DNA of 64,000 nt from Thermodesulfobacteriota bacterium (GTDB lineage Bacteria > Desulfobacterota > Desulfobacteria > Desulfobacterales > SURF-7): NCBI GenBank assembly GCA_049320885.1, contig JBMORA010000050.1, positions 1 through 64,000 on the forward strand. Reading direction: 5' to 3'. Below the pieces are notes generated by a model. The model was not told where the DNA came from. It ran no database searches and worked only from the letters and a program-made list of their open reading frames with translations. Numbering within the stretch: the stretch's first letter is position 1; the number at the start of each line of letters is the position of its first letter. Below are positions 51,316-60,649 of the stretch, one piece after another. The translations under genes were made by a program, and so were the position numbers.

Positions 51316-51950
51316 GATGATGATTCTCCGCAATGAAGACGCCGCAGGACACCTAAAGTTTTAACCATGGGCAGCTTTTTGTAAAGGCCGGAAGACAACG
51401 CCAGTTGATACACCTGAAAGGGTGCCTGTCCACCCGCCGCGGGATCGGCAAAAATATCGTGTATCAGCAGAAATCCGCCCGGGATGATATGATTGGACCA
51501 GGAGTTGTAATCGGTGAAAGCGGCTGCATAGGAATGCCCGCCGTCGATGAAGACCAAGCCCAGTGGCGTGGCCCATGAACGCGCGGCGACTGCGGAGGGG
51601 GCAACGATGGGAACAACCGTATCCTCCAGGTTCGCCAGCCCGATGGTCCGGCGGAAGGAGGTGAAACTGTCCATTTGAAAAGACGGATAATGGAACAGCG
51701 CCGGATCAAAATATTCCTCCCCGGGTTGCTGCTCTTCCGAGCCGCGATGATGATCAATGGAAAACAGCACCGCCCGGTTTTCCTGACAGGCGGTTCCAAT
51801 ATAAACAGTTGATTTCCCGCAATAGCTGCCGATTTCAAGGCATGGGCCCAGGAGGCTGGCCCGTTGGGCGATCCGGTAAAGGCATTCCCCCTCTTCGGCA
51901 TCTAGGAACCCTTTGATGGTATGGATCAGTTCCGGTTTACATGTCATCAT
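51312..51950 (-). CDS. Class I SAM-dependent methyltransferase (Methyltransf_24-like)
   Basis: KGFL..EEG, LEIGSYCGKS, IDHHRGSEE.QPG, LVFIDGGHS, GG.L.IHD. Confidence 0.88.
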   Translation of the reverse strand: MMTCKPELIHTIKGFLDAEEGECLYRIAQRASLLGPCLEIGSYCGKSTVYIGTACQENRAVLFSIDHHRGSEEQQPGEEYFDPALFHYPSFQMDSFTSFRRTIGLANLEDTVVPIVAPSAVAARSWATPLGLVFIDGGHSYAAAFTDYNSWSNHIIPGGFLLIHDIFADPAAGGQAPFQVYQLALSSGLYKKLPMVKTLGVLRRLHCGESSS

Positions 51951-54081
51951 AATTCCTCACCAGCACTTCCCGGGGTTTGACCCCGTCCTGCGGCCCGACG
52001 ATCCCTTCGATTTCCATCATTTCGATGATTCTGGCCGCCCGGTTATAGCCGATCCGCAAATGGCGTTGCACCATCGAAATGGAGGCCTGCTTTGTTTTGG
52101 TGACCAGGGCGACGGCTTCATCATAGCGTTCATCATGTTCTTCCGGTTCCGGGCTTTCTTCCGCTTTGATCTGGCTTTCGATCACGGCGGCATCGTATTC
52201 CGGAGGTTTTTGATTTTTCAGGAATTCGATGACTCTGCCGATTTCGTCTTCCGATATATAGGCCCCATGGATGCGTTGCAGTTTGGCCGTTCCCGGCGGC
52301 AGATAGAGCATGTCGCCGCTTCCCAGCAGATTTTCCGCGCCGTTGGCGTCCAGAATGGTCCGGGAATCGGTTTTCGACGATACCTGGAACGAGAGTCGGG
52401 TGGGGAAATTGGCTTTGATGACCCCGGTGAGCACATCCACCGACGGCCTTTGAGTGGCCAGCACCAGATGAATGCCGGCAGCACGCGCCATCTGGGCCAG
52501 GCGCGTCAGCGCCACTTCCACGTCCCGGGAAGCAACCATCATCAGGTCGGCCAGTTCATCGATGATAATGACGATATACGGCAGACTCTCCCCCTCATTT
52601 TCCTGGTTGCCCGACGGTTCCTTGTTGAATTTCCGGTTGTATTGGGTGATGTTGCGGGCTTTCTTTTCGGACAGCAGCTGATAGCGGCGCTCCATTTCCC
52701 GTACGGCCCAGAATAGGGCGTTGGTGGCCAGCTTCATGTCGGTCACCACCGGGGTGATCAGATGCGGGATTCCATCGTAAACGGACAATTCTATCCGTTT
52801 GGGGTCGACCATGATCAGTCTGACATCCTCGGGAGTTGCTTTGAACAACAGGCTGGTGATCATGGAGTTCAGGCCGACGCTTTTCCCGGCGCCGGTTGCG
52901 CCGGCGATGAGCAGATGGGGCATTTTATCCAATTCCGTGACCACCGGGTTGCCGACAATGTCCTTCCCGAGACACAAGGTCAGTTTGGATTTGGATTTCA
53001 TGAAATTGTCCGAGCTGACAATCTCTTTGAAACTGACGGTTTCCCGAGTGGCGTTGGGAATCTCAATGCCGATGGCGTCCTTTCCGGGTATTGGCGCCAC
53101 AATGCGGATACTGATGGCCCGTAACGCCAGCGCCAAATCATCGGTAAGGTTTACGATTTTATTGATCTTAACACCAGGTGCGGGTTTATATTCGAAAGTG
53201 GTGATGACCGGACCTGGATAGACCGCTACGACTTTTCCCAATACACCGAAATCCTCCAGTTTTTTTTCTACCATCAGGGACTGCATGCGCAGGTTTTCGT
53301 CATCGATTGTAGTGGGTCGCGGCGGCGGGTCGTTCAACAGCTTGATGGACGGCAGCCGGAAATCCCGATCATCGCGCATGAAGCTGAATTCTTCCTGCTG
53401 GGGTTTGGGCGCTTCCTTGACCGGTTGCGGAGGCGGTGGCTGAATCTTGATTTCCGGGGTCTCCTTGACCTGCCGGGTGGGTTGCGTTTTCAACCGGTTT
53501 TTCTTTTTTTCCCTGCGGGCCTGGAGGGTGATTCTCATGGCGTCGATCCGCCCCCACAGGGTACGCAGAATTCGCCAGGATATGACAGCAAAACGGGTGG
53601 GTGAAAAACCAAGGGCGAGATTCAGCCCGATGAGGATCAGGACCATGAGGATGAAGAAGGCGCCGGTGGGTTTGGCAACCGCTGTCAGGAAGTCCGTCAA
53701 AGCTGTGCCGATAGCCCCGCCGGCATGGTAGGAAGCGCCCCACAGCGAATAGGCATTTTTGCGCAAAGCGAAAAGACTTCCGGTACCCACCATCAGGATA
53801 ACTCCGCCCAGCAGTGACAAACCCACCGATCGGGCGGCGGGCATTCCCAGCAGCCGCGGCATGGCAAGCAGGAGAAGCATGGGAACCCAGAAGGCGCCGA
53901 GTCCGAAGAGGCCGATCAACAGCCCCGCCAGATGTGATCCGAGAAGTCCGAAGACATTCTGGACCGATCCGGCGGCCCTGGCGTGGTGAACCGATGGATC
54001 GTCGGGACTGTAGGACAGCAGGCTGATCAGCGTCAGCAGAAAGAGAAAGAAAAGTATTATGCCGGAGATTTCTTTACGCAT
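51937..54081 (-). CDS. ftsK: DNA translocase FtsK
   Basis: N-terminal 4TM domain, PHLLIAGATGAGKS, IIIDELADLMM, ATQRPSVDV; gamma domain SISMVQRHLRIGYNRAARI. Confidence 0.96.
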   Translation of the reverse strand: MRKEISGIILFFLFLLTLISLLSYSPDDPSVHHARAAGSVQNVFGLLGSHLAGLLIGLFGLGAFWVPMLLLLAMPRLLGMPAARSVGLSLLGGVILMVGTGSLFALRKNAYSLWGASYHAGGAIGTALTDFLTAVAKPTGAFFILMVLILIGLNLALGFSPTRFAVISWRILRTLWGRIDAMRITLQARREKKKNRLKTQPTRQVKETPEIKIQPPPPQPVKEAPKPQQEEFSFMRDDRDFRLPSIKLLNDPPPRPTTIDDENLRMQSLMVEKKLEDFGVLGKVVAVYPGPVITTFEYKPAPGVKINKIVNLTDDLALALRAISIRIVAPIPGKDAIGIEIPNATRETVSFKEIVSSDNFMKSKSKLTLCLGKDIVGNPVVTELDKMPHLLIAGATGAGKSVGLNSMITSLLFKATPEDVRLIMVDPKRIELSVYDGIPHLITPVVTDMKLATNALFWAVREMERRYQLLSEKKARNITQYNRKFNKEPSGNQENEGESLPYIVIIIDELADLMMVASRDVEVALTRLAQMARAAGIHLVLATQRPSVDVLTGVIKANFPTRLSFQVSSKTDSRTILDANGAENLLGSGDMLYLPPGTAKLQRIHGAYISEDEIGRVIEFLKNQKPPEYDAAVIESQIKAEESPEPEEHDERYDEAVALVTKTKQASISMVQRHLRIGYNRAARIIEMMEIEGIVGPQDGVKPREVLVRNYDDM

Positions 54082-54116
54082 TTTTATAGTAGTCGTTTCT
54101 TCCGCACCGGGTATGG

Positions 54117-55766
54117 TTATAGTTCCAGGATAATCGGAATGATAACCGGGCGCCTGCGAATGGTAAAGTAAAAATATTGCCGCAGGGCGCTCTGCAATTT
54201 TGAGCGGATGACTTCCGCCCTGTCCGCAACTTCAGGCCCTATATCTTCGACGATTTCCAGGATGACACACTGGGCGTCTTCCAGAAGATGGCCGGTCTCG
54301 GTGAAAAAAACAAATCCCCTTGACATGATTTCCGGTCCATAAGTCACCACTCCGGTTTCCTCGTCAAAAACAAGGGCTACGATGACAAGGCCGTCTTCAG
54401 CGAGGCTGCGTCTTTCTTTCAGCACGCTTCGTCCGACGTCGCCGATGCCCTTGCCGTCAACCAGAACGCGGCCGGTCATGATGCTCTCGCCAATCCGGCC
54501 GCCGGTCTCTGTAAATTCTATTGTCTGGCCATTTTCCACCAGGAGGATTCTTTCCTCCGGAATGCCGGATTGTTTCGCCAGTCTGGCGTGCAGCAGCAGA
54601 TGGCGATACTCGCCATGAATGGGAATGAAATAGGCTGGTTTGGTCAAACCGATCATCAATTTCAATTCTTCCTGGAACGCATGCCCGGAAACATGGATAT
54701 CCGATATTTTTTCATATACGACGTCGGCGCCGCGCCGGAACAAATTGTTGATGATATTGGTGATGGCCTTTTCATTGCCCGGAATGAACTTGGACGACAG
54801 GATCACCGTGTCCCCTGGTTTAATCTGAATGTGCTTATGGGTGTCCATGGCCATTCTGGCAAGAGCCGACATGGGTTCTCCCTGGCTGCCGGTGGTGATG
54901 ATGACGATTTCACGGTCCGGAAACTGCCCCACCTGGTCGATGGTGATTTCCATCGATTCGGGCACATTCAGATATCCCAGGTGTTTGGCGATATCCACCG
55001 TCAATTCAATGCTGCGGCCGCTGAACACGACTTTGCTGCCTCTGCGGCCGGCGATGTTGACCATTTCCTGGATACGCGCCACATTGGATGCAAAAAGCGC
55101 TACGATGATTCTGCCTTCGCTGCGGTTGGCGATCCGTTCCAGGTTTTCCCCGACGGTCTGGTCGGAAATCGTATAGCCCTCTTTTTCGACATTGGTGGAG
55201 TCGGAGAGCAGCGCCAGCACGCCCTCATCGCCGAAGCGGGCGAACTTGTTCACATCCGTACGCCGACCGTCCACTGCATGGTGGTTGATTTTGAAATCCC
55301 CTGTATGGATGATCATGCCAACAGGGGTTTTGACGGCGACGCCCACGCCATCCACCAGGCTGTGGCTGACGTCGATAAAGGACAGTTCAAAGGGGCCGAT
55401 CTTCAGGATTTCGGAAGACGATATTTCATGAAGTTTCGCCGCGCCCAGCAGACCGTGCTCTTCCAGCTTGTGTTTCAGGATACCGATAGTAAAGGGAGTC
55501 CCGAACACCGGCACGTTGATTTCCCGCAAGAGATAAGGCAGGGCGCCGATATGGTCCTCGTGGGCATGGGTCAGAACAACACCGGACAGGCGATGGCGAT
55601 TTTCCCTGATATAACTCATGTCCGGGATAACAATGTCGATGCCGAGCATGTAATCCTCGGGAAACATGAGGCCGGCGTCCAGGACGAACATCGCATTGTC
55701 ATATTCGAAAACCATCATGTTCAGGCCGATTTCCCCCAGGCCTCCAATGGGGATGATTTTCAGCAT
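54117..55766 (-). CDS. rnj: Ribonuclease J
   Basis: IGGLGEIGLNM, THAHEDHIGA, HTGDFK, SDSTN, FASNVAR, TGSQGEP, HVSGHA, PIHGEYRH. Confidence 0.96.
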   Translation of the reverse strand: MLKIIPIGGLGEIGLNMMVFEYDNAMFVLDAGLMFPEDYMLGIDIVIPDMSYIRENRHRLSGVVLTHAHEDHIGALPYLLREINVPVFGTPFTIGILKHKLEEHGLLGAAKLHEISSSEILKIGPFELSFIDVSHSLVDGVGVAVKTPVGMIIHTGDFKINHHAVDGRRTDVNKFARFGDEGVLALLSDSTNVEKEGYTISDQTVGENLERIANRSEGRIIVALFASNVARIQEMVNIAGRRGSKVVFSGRSIELTVDIAKHLGYLNVPESMEITIDQVGQFPDREIVIITTGSQGEPMSALARMAMDTHKHIQIKPGDTVILSSKFIPGNEKAITNIINNLFRRGADVVYEKISDIHVSGHAFQEELKLMIGLTKPAYFIPIHGEYRHLLLHARLAKQSGIPEERILLVENGQTIEFTETGGRIGESIMTGRVLVDGKGIGDVGRSVLKERRSLAEDGLVIVALVFDEETGVVTYGPEIMSRGFVFFTETGHLLEDAQCVILEIVEDIGPEVADRAEVIRSKLQSALRQYFYFTIRRRPVIIPIILEL

Positions 55767-55792
55767 TTCATTGCCTTCAGGGGATGATGGGG

Positions 55793-56131
55793 TCACGTCT
55801 TGACGTCAAGGTCCTCAAACATGGTGTCGATCAGGCGGATGAGCCAGTTGCGCTGCTCCTCGGAAGCATACTGAATACAGTCACATCGAATCCGCTTTCG
55901 GGTGCGCACCAGTAGCTCGCAAGAAACCGCTGTTTCCTCCAGATCCACCGCGAAAAAAAACGGCCGGCAATCCGGATGCTGTTTTTGGATCGGGGACAAC
56001 TGATCCTCATCCAGGGGAATCCAATAGATCCCACCCATTTCCGGGGGGCCGTATTGATGATCCAGATGGTTTTTAAGGGTCTGATAATCCGACGGTCTTA
56101 GCTCATCGATCCTGTATTGTTTCATGCCCAT
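55793..56131 (-). CDS. Conserved hypothetical protein (~110 aa) heading the rnj operon
   Basis: Coding-like 3' part of ORF 55793..57058 (MKQYRIDELR...HPDC.P......ELLVR...IRCDC); GTGA overlap with the rnj frame. Confidence 0.75.
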   Translation of the reverse strand: MGMKQYRIDELRPSDYQTLKNHLDHQYGPPEMGGIYWIPLDEDQLSPIQKQHPDCRPFFFAVDLEETAVSCELLVRTRKRIRCDCIQYASEEQRNWLIRLIDTMFEDLDVKT

Positions 56132-56437
56132 GGGATTACCATAGTTCCCAAACGCATTCAAGCTGATATACGGAAAAAGCACCGGACGGATGGCCGGGAT
56201 GGCGGATTTAACCGAAAAACCGGTTGAATTCCATTGGAATCCCCCTCGGCATCGCCCCGGAACCCTAGGACCGAATTCTGGAAAAAACGAGCCGCCCGAT
56301 GCTTTGTCTTGATATTTTGCAGATAAAAGAGATAATATAAAAAAGTAAAGCCGCCCGTTACGCGGGCGGTGGTTTACTCCGTCCGGTCCCCTCGCGCATG
56401 GAACCAGTAATCCCAATTCATTTCGGGAGATAAGCCG

Positions 56438-57589
56438 ATGATTGATATCAAAAGCGCCAGCATTCTTATTGTCGATGATATGGACCCCATGTGTAAATCC
56501 ATCCGGGGAATGCTGAAGGTGCTCAATTTCGGGAAGCAATTCCGATACGCCAACAATGGCGCGGAGGCCTGGAAGATCCTCCAGGAGGAGTCTGTGGATA
56601 TTGCCATTATCGACTGGAACATGCCGGTGATGACCGGTGTGGAACTGCTGAACACTATCCGGGAAGACCGGCGCCTGCGTGATCTGCCGGTGGTGATGGT
56701 CACCGCCGAGGCGGAGCGCAGCATTGTGGCGGAAGTCGCCGAATCCGATATCGACGCCTATCTGCTGAAGCCGCTGACGGTGAAAGCCCTGGAGGAAAAA
56801 ATTCGGTTCGTCGTCGACAAGGTCAACAATCCGCCCCCGATGATGCAGCACCTGAGACAGGCAAGGAAACTGGAGGAGTCCGGCGATGGCGAAGGGGCTA
56901 TTGCGGCAGCCAAGGCCGCCATGAAGGAGGATCCTTCCTCTTCCCGGCCCATTCGGGAACTCGGCATCCTGTATTATAAAAAACAGGATTTCGATACCGC
57001 CGAAAAGTGTTTCGCAAGAGCCGTCAAGATGAACAAGTTGGACGTTTTCGCCTTCCATTATCTGGGAGAGATCAGTTTAAAACGCGACAATATCGATCAG
57101 GCTTCCACTTATTTCAACAAGGCCATGGCCATCAGCCCCCGGCATGTATCGCGGGGGGTCAATTTCGGCAAGGTGCTCGTTAAAAAAGGCATGGTCCGCA
57201 AAGCCACCAGCGTGTTCGACAGCGCCATTGAGATCTCCAAGGAACCGTTGGTCCTGCGGGAAGAGATCGCCGATTTCTGCTTTGAGAGCGGTATTTACAA
57301 TTATGCCATCACCTTGATGGAGTTCATCATCAAACAAATCCCGACCCGCATCGATTTGTTGTATAAACTCGGCCTGGCCTACGAAAGCATCAATGAAAAC
57401 CATCAGGCCATCCGATATTTTCAGGAAGTGGAGCGGAAAGAGCCGAAAAACATCGATGTTAAAATGCATCTGGCAAAAAATTATCTGGCGTCGGATCAGG
57501 CCATTCGCGCGGACGGTATCCTGCAGGGAGTTCTCCGGGTGGAACCCGATAACCAGGAAGCCCAGGAACTGATGAAAAAATGCGTCTGA
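56438..57589 (+). CDS. Response regulator (CheY-like receiver) with TPR repeats
   Basis: ILIVDD, IIDWNMPVMTG, MVTAE, YLLKP, followed by multiple TPRs. Confidence 0.9.
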   Translation: MIDIKSASILIVDDMDPMCKSIRGMLKVLNFGKQFRYANNGAEAWKILQEESVDIAIIDWNMPVMTGVELLNTIREDRRLRDLPVVMVTAEAERSIVAEVAESDIDAYLLKPLTVKALEEKIRFVVDKVNNPPPMMQHLRQARKLEESGDGEGAIAAAKAAMKEDPSSSRPIRELGILYYKKQDFDTAEKCFARAVKMNKLDVFAFHYLGEISLKRDNIDQASTYFNKAMAISPRHVSRGVNFGKVLVKKGMVRKATSVFDSAIEISKEPLVLREEIADFCFESGIYNYAITLMEFIIKQIPTRIDLLYKLGLAYESINENHQAIRYFQEVERKEPKNIDVKMHLAKNYLASDQAIRADGILQGVLRVEPDNQEAQELMKKCV

Positions 57590-57653
57590 CCACCGGCATG
57601 GCGGGAAGCCGCCACCCACATGACACCGCCTTGCGCGAAAAGAGGGCCGCCAT

Positions 57654-58910
57654 ATGATTCAAGACAATAAAACCCTTCAGACGTTGATGACCATCACGCA
57701 GATTTCCAACAATGCCGGGCTCCGGTTTGATGAAAAATTGCAACAGATCATTCAGGAGGTGGTGAAATGCATGCAGGTGGAGAAGGGTTCCATCATGCTG
57801 TTACGGGGACGGTCCCAACTTGAAGTGGCGGCTTCCACAAATCCGGAGATCATCGGGATGATATCCCGCCTTGACGAGGGCCGCCCTTCCGCCTGGGTCG
57901 TAAAAAACAAAAAACCCCTGTATGTGGATGAATCCTCAAAACCGGCTTCGATCCAATTCACGGGCAGCCATTACAAAAAGAATGCCTTCCTGTTGATCCC
58001 GATCCTGCATAAGGGCAGAATTCTGGGGGTGTTGAGTGTTACGGATAAAATCGGTGAGGATCGATTTTCCCCGCAGGAACGGGAAATGCTGCTGGAAATC
58101 GTCGGCTACCTGATCAGCTCCATCGAAAACCAGCGGCTGAATACCTCTTTGAAAAAGAGCCAACAGGCCCTTCAGCAGAAGAATCAACAGCTGAAAAATC
58201 TGGAAAAGGTCCGCACTGAGTTGTTCAACATGCTGGTTCACGATCTCAAAGGGCCCATATCCGAGGTGACGGCCAACCTGGATATCCTGTCGTATACGGT
58301 GACCGGGGAAGATAAGGAATATGTGAGCGCGGCGCAAACGGGCTGCGATACCCTGTACCGGATGATCTTGGATTTGCTGGATATCGCCCGGCTGGAGGAG
58401 GGCTCGCTGAAAATCATCCAGGAAAAAATCGTGGCCCGGGATTTTGTCACCGAAGCCATGTCGCTGGTTCACGGGCAGGCCCGCATGAAATCCATCAGCC
58501 TCATCCCGCAGCATGACGCGACCGAAGGCAACGCCTTTTTTTACGGTGATCGGAATCTGCTGCTGCGGGTGATGCAGAACCTGATGGTGAACGCCATCCA
58601 GTGTTCTCCCCAGGGGGAACGGATAGAAGTCGGTTTCATGATGGATGGAAATGACCGGGTTCAATTGTTTGTCGCCGACAACGGCCCGGGAATTCTTCCG
58701 GAATTCCAGGAGGCTGTTTTTAACAAATTTTTCCAGATCAACAAGAAGAAGGATGGCCGGCGATATTCCACCGGCCTCGGACTCACTTTCTGCAAGCTTG
58801 CCGTCACGGCCCACCGTGGTGAGATATATGTCAATAGCGACGGGGTGAAAGGCAGTCGCTTTGTGTTCATCATCCCGGCCGGAAGGCCTGCTTCGGGACA
58901 AGCGGTTTGA
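57654..58910 (+). CDS. GAF sensor histidine kinase
   Basis: GAF domain, coiled coil, VHDLKGP H-box, QNL..NA, DNGPGI, TGLGL.FC. Confidence 0.92.
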   Translation: MIQDNKTLQTLMTITQISNNAGLRFDEKLQQIIQEVVKCMQVEKGSIMLLRGRSQLEVAASTNPEIIGMISRLDEGRPSAWVVKNKKPLYVDESSKPASIQFTGSHYKKNAFLLIPILHKGRILGVLSVTDKIGEDRFSPQEREMLLEIVGYLISSIENQRLNTSLKKSQQALQQKNQQLKNLEKVRTELFNMLVHDLKGPISEVTANLDILSYTVTGEDKEYVSAAQTGCDTLYRMILDLLDIARLEEGSLKIIQEKIVARDFVTEAMSLVHGQARMKSISLIPQHDATEGNAFFYGDRNLLLRVMQNLMVNAIQCSPQGERIEVGFMMDGNDRVQLFVADNGPGILPEFQEAVFNKFFQINKKKDGRRYSTGLGLTFCKLAVTAHRGEIYVNSDGVKGSRFVFIIPAGRPASGQAV

Positions 58911-59215
58911 TCCGCATCCTCCGGATTTTCTCATTTGACAGGCGCATGAAATAGATTTAGCATCTGCGCCTGCGGCGGAGCGGCCAGCGCCGATTTCCGG
59001 CTGAAAACGCCCGTTGTCTTTACAAAGAGGACATTTTTCCCACCCACTAGGACAACGCCGCCGTTTTTTGCACACAGAAGCGGATGGTGGAAGCTGCGGG
59101 CAAATTTACATTTTGATATCATTCGGTATTTTTTTCTGTAGTCTGCTTGAAAATTTGGCCTGCTTTTTGAATTGCATGACAGTTGGAATAAAACAGTTCC
59201 CGTGGAGCAGACCGC

Positions 59216-59443
59216 TTGATTACGGAGGCAGTGTACCGCATGCTGGCCAATTGGAAACTTTCGATTCATGAACTCGCCAACATTCATCCGCTCAATCCCG
59301 TGGGACGATATGATGTGAAAAATATCGGCTATTGGGTGGTGTATGAACAGGTCGGGCCTTATGAATGGCAATGCGCCTATATGGCGAAGAACCGGGAAGA
59401 CGGTGAGCGCTGGATGCGCATGCAGATCCACCCGCCATATTGA
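59216..59443 (+). CDS. Small hypothetical protein (75 aa)
   Basis: GGAG before TTG start; globular, aromatic-rich composition; no recognised motif. Confidence 0.45.
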   Translation: MITEAVYRMLANWKLSIHELANIHPLNPVGRYDVKNIGYWVVYEQVGPYEWQCAYMAKNREDGERWMRMQIHPPY

Positions 59444-59597
59444 ATAGTCCTTCTTCAATCCCATCTTTGTAAGATTCAAAATCCTTCCGGAGCCCCTTGA
59501 AATGGGGCGACAGGTGAGGTATGCAGGGGGAACTGTCGCGTCATATGTCCGGAGTGATCCGGTAACGGAACAGCAACCTTTTATCAGGCCCCGCCGC

Positions 59598-60641
59598 ATG
59601 GAACGGTTTGAGTACTTTATCCGCCGCTTTCTATTGATTATACCTACCTTCGTGGGGATCACCCTGCTTTGTTTCGCATTGATTCAATTTGTTCCCGGAG
59701 GACCGGTGGAGCAGACCATCATGCGGATGCGGGGCATGGGCGATGGGGAATCCGGCAAAGGCGCCAATACCCATGCGTCCATCTCTCCGGCCCAGCGCAA
59801 GGCGATCGAACAATATTACGGTTTTGACCAGCCGTTCCATAAGCGCTATTGGAAATGGCTGGTGACGGATAGGATCGGAATGGCCATGGAGTCTTATAAG
59901 TTTCCCAACAAGACCGCCTGGCAACTCATCAAGGAGCGATTCCGGGTGTCGCTGATTTTCGGGATTACCGGATTTGTATTGTCCTACCTGGTCTGCATTC
60001 CCCTGGGAATTCTGAAGGCGCTGCGCCATGAACAATTATTCGATCTGCTGACCAGTGTGGCGGTATTTGTGGGCTACGCCATACCGGCGTTCGCATTCGG
60101 CATGGTGCTGAAAATGTTTTTTTGCGGAACCGTTGACAGCCTATGGGACATCTTTCCGGTTGCCGGCTTTCATTCCGACAACTTCGACAGCTTCAGCCGG
60201 TGGCAGCAGGTGAAAGATATTTTTATGCACATGTTCCTGCCGGTTCTTTGTTATGTGATCGGGAATTTTGCCATTTTGACGTTTTTAATGAAGAATTCAC
60301 TGCTGGATCAGATCGGCAAGGACTATGTGCGCGCCGTGGTCGCGCGGGGTGGGAGTTTTTCCCGGGCCGTTTGGGGGCACGCCCTCCGAAATGCCATGAT
60401 CCCCATTGCCACTGGTTTCGGCTCCATATTGACGGTCATGTTCGCCGGTTCCGTGATCATCGAGCAGGTTTTCGAAATTCCGGGCATGGGCCTTTTGAGT
60501 CTTGAGGCGATTGTGGGACGCGACTATCCTGTTTTCATGGGGATATTGTCGTTGACGGCCATCCTGGGGCTTCTGGGCAACATCCTGTCGGATTTTTTGT
60601 ATGTGCTGATCGATCCGCGCATTAATTTTCAGGAGAACTGA
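59598..60641 (+). CDS. Peptide ABC transporter permease (YejB/OppB-like)
   Basis: YFIRRFLLIIPT, PGGPVEQ, YGFDQP...RY, HALRNAMIP, IEQVF..PGMG, IDPRI. Confidence 0.9.
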   Translation: MERFEYFIRRFLLIIPTFVGITLLCFALIQFVPGGPVEQTIMRMRGMGDGESGKGANTHASISPAQRKAIEQYYGFDQPFHKRYWKWLVTDRIGMAMESYKFPNKTAWQLIKERFRVSLIFGITGFVLSYLVCIPLGILKALRHEQLFDLLTSVAVFVGYAIPAFAFGMVLKMFFCGTVDSLWDIFPVAGFHSDNFDSFSRWQQVKDIFMHMFLPVLCYVIGNFAILTFLMKNSLLDQIGKDYVRAVVARGGSFSRAVWGHALRNAMIPIATGFGSILTVMFAGSVIIEQVFEIPGMGLLSLEAIVGRDYPVFMGILSLTAILGLLGNILSDFLYVLIDPRINFQEN

Positions 60642-60649
60642 GCAGACAA

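Noticed and set aside
55793..57058. 421-aa minus-strand ORF as a single gene
   Set aside because: The 5' two-thirds is antisense to the receiver-TPR gene and intergenic DNA; only the last ~110 codons look coding.
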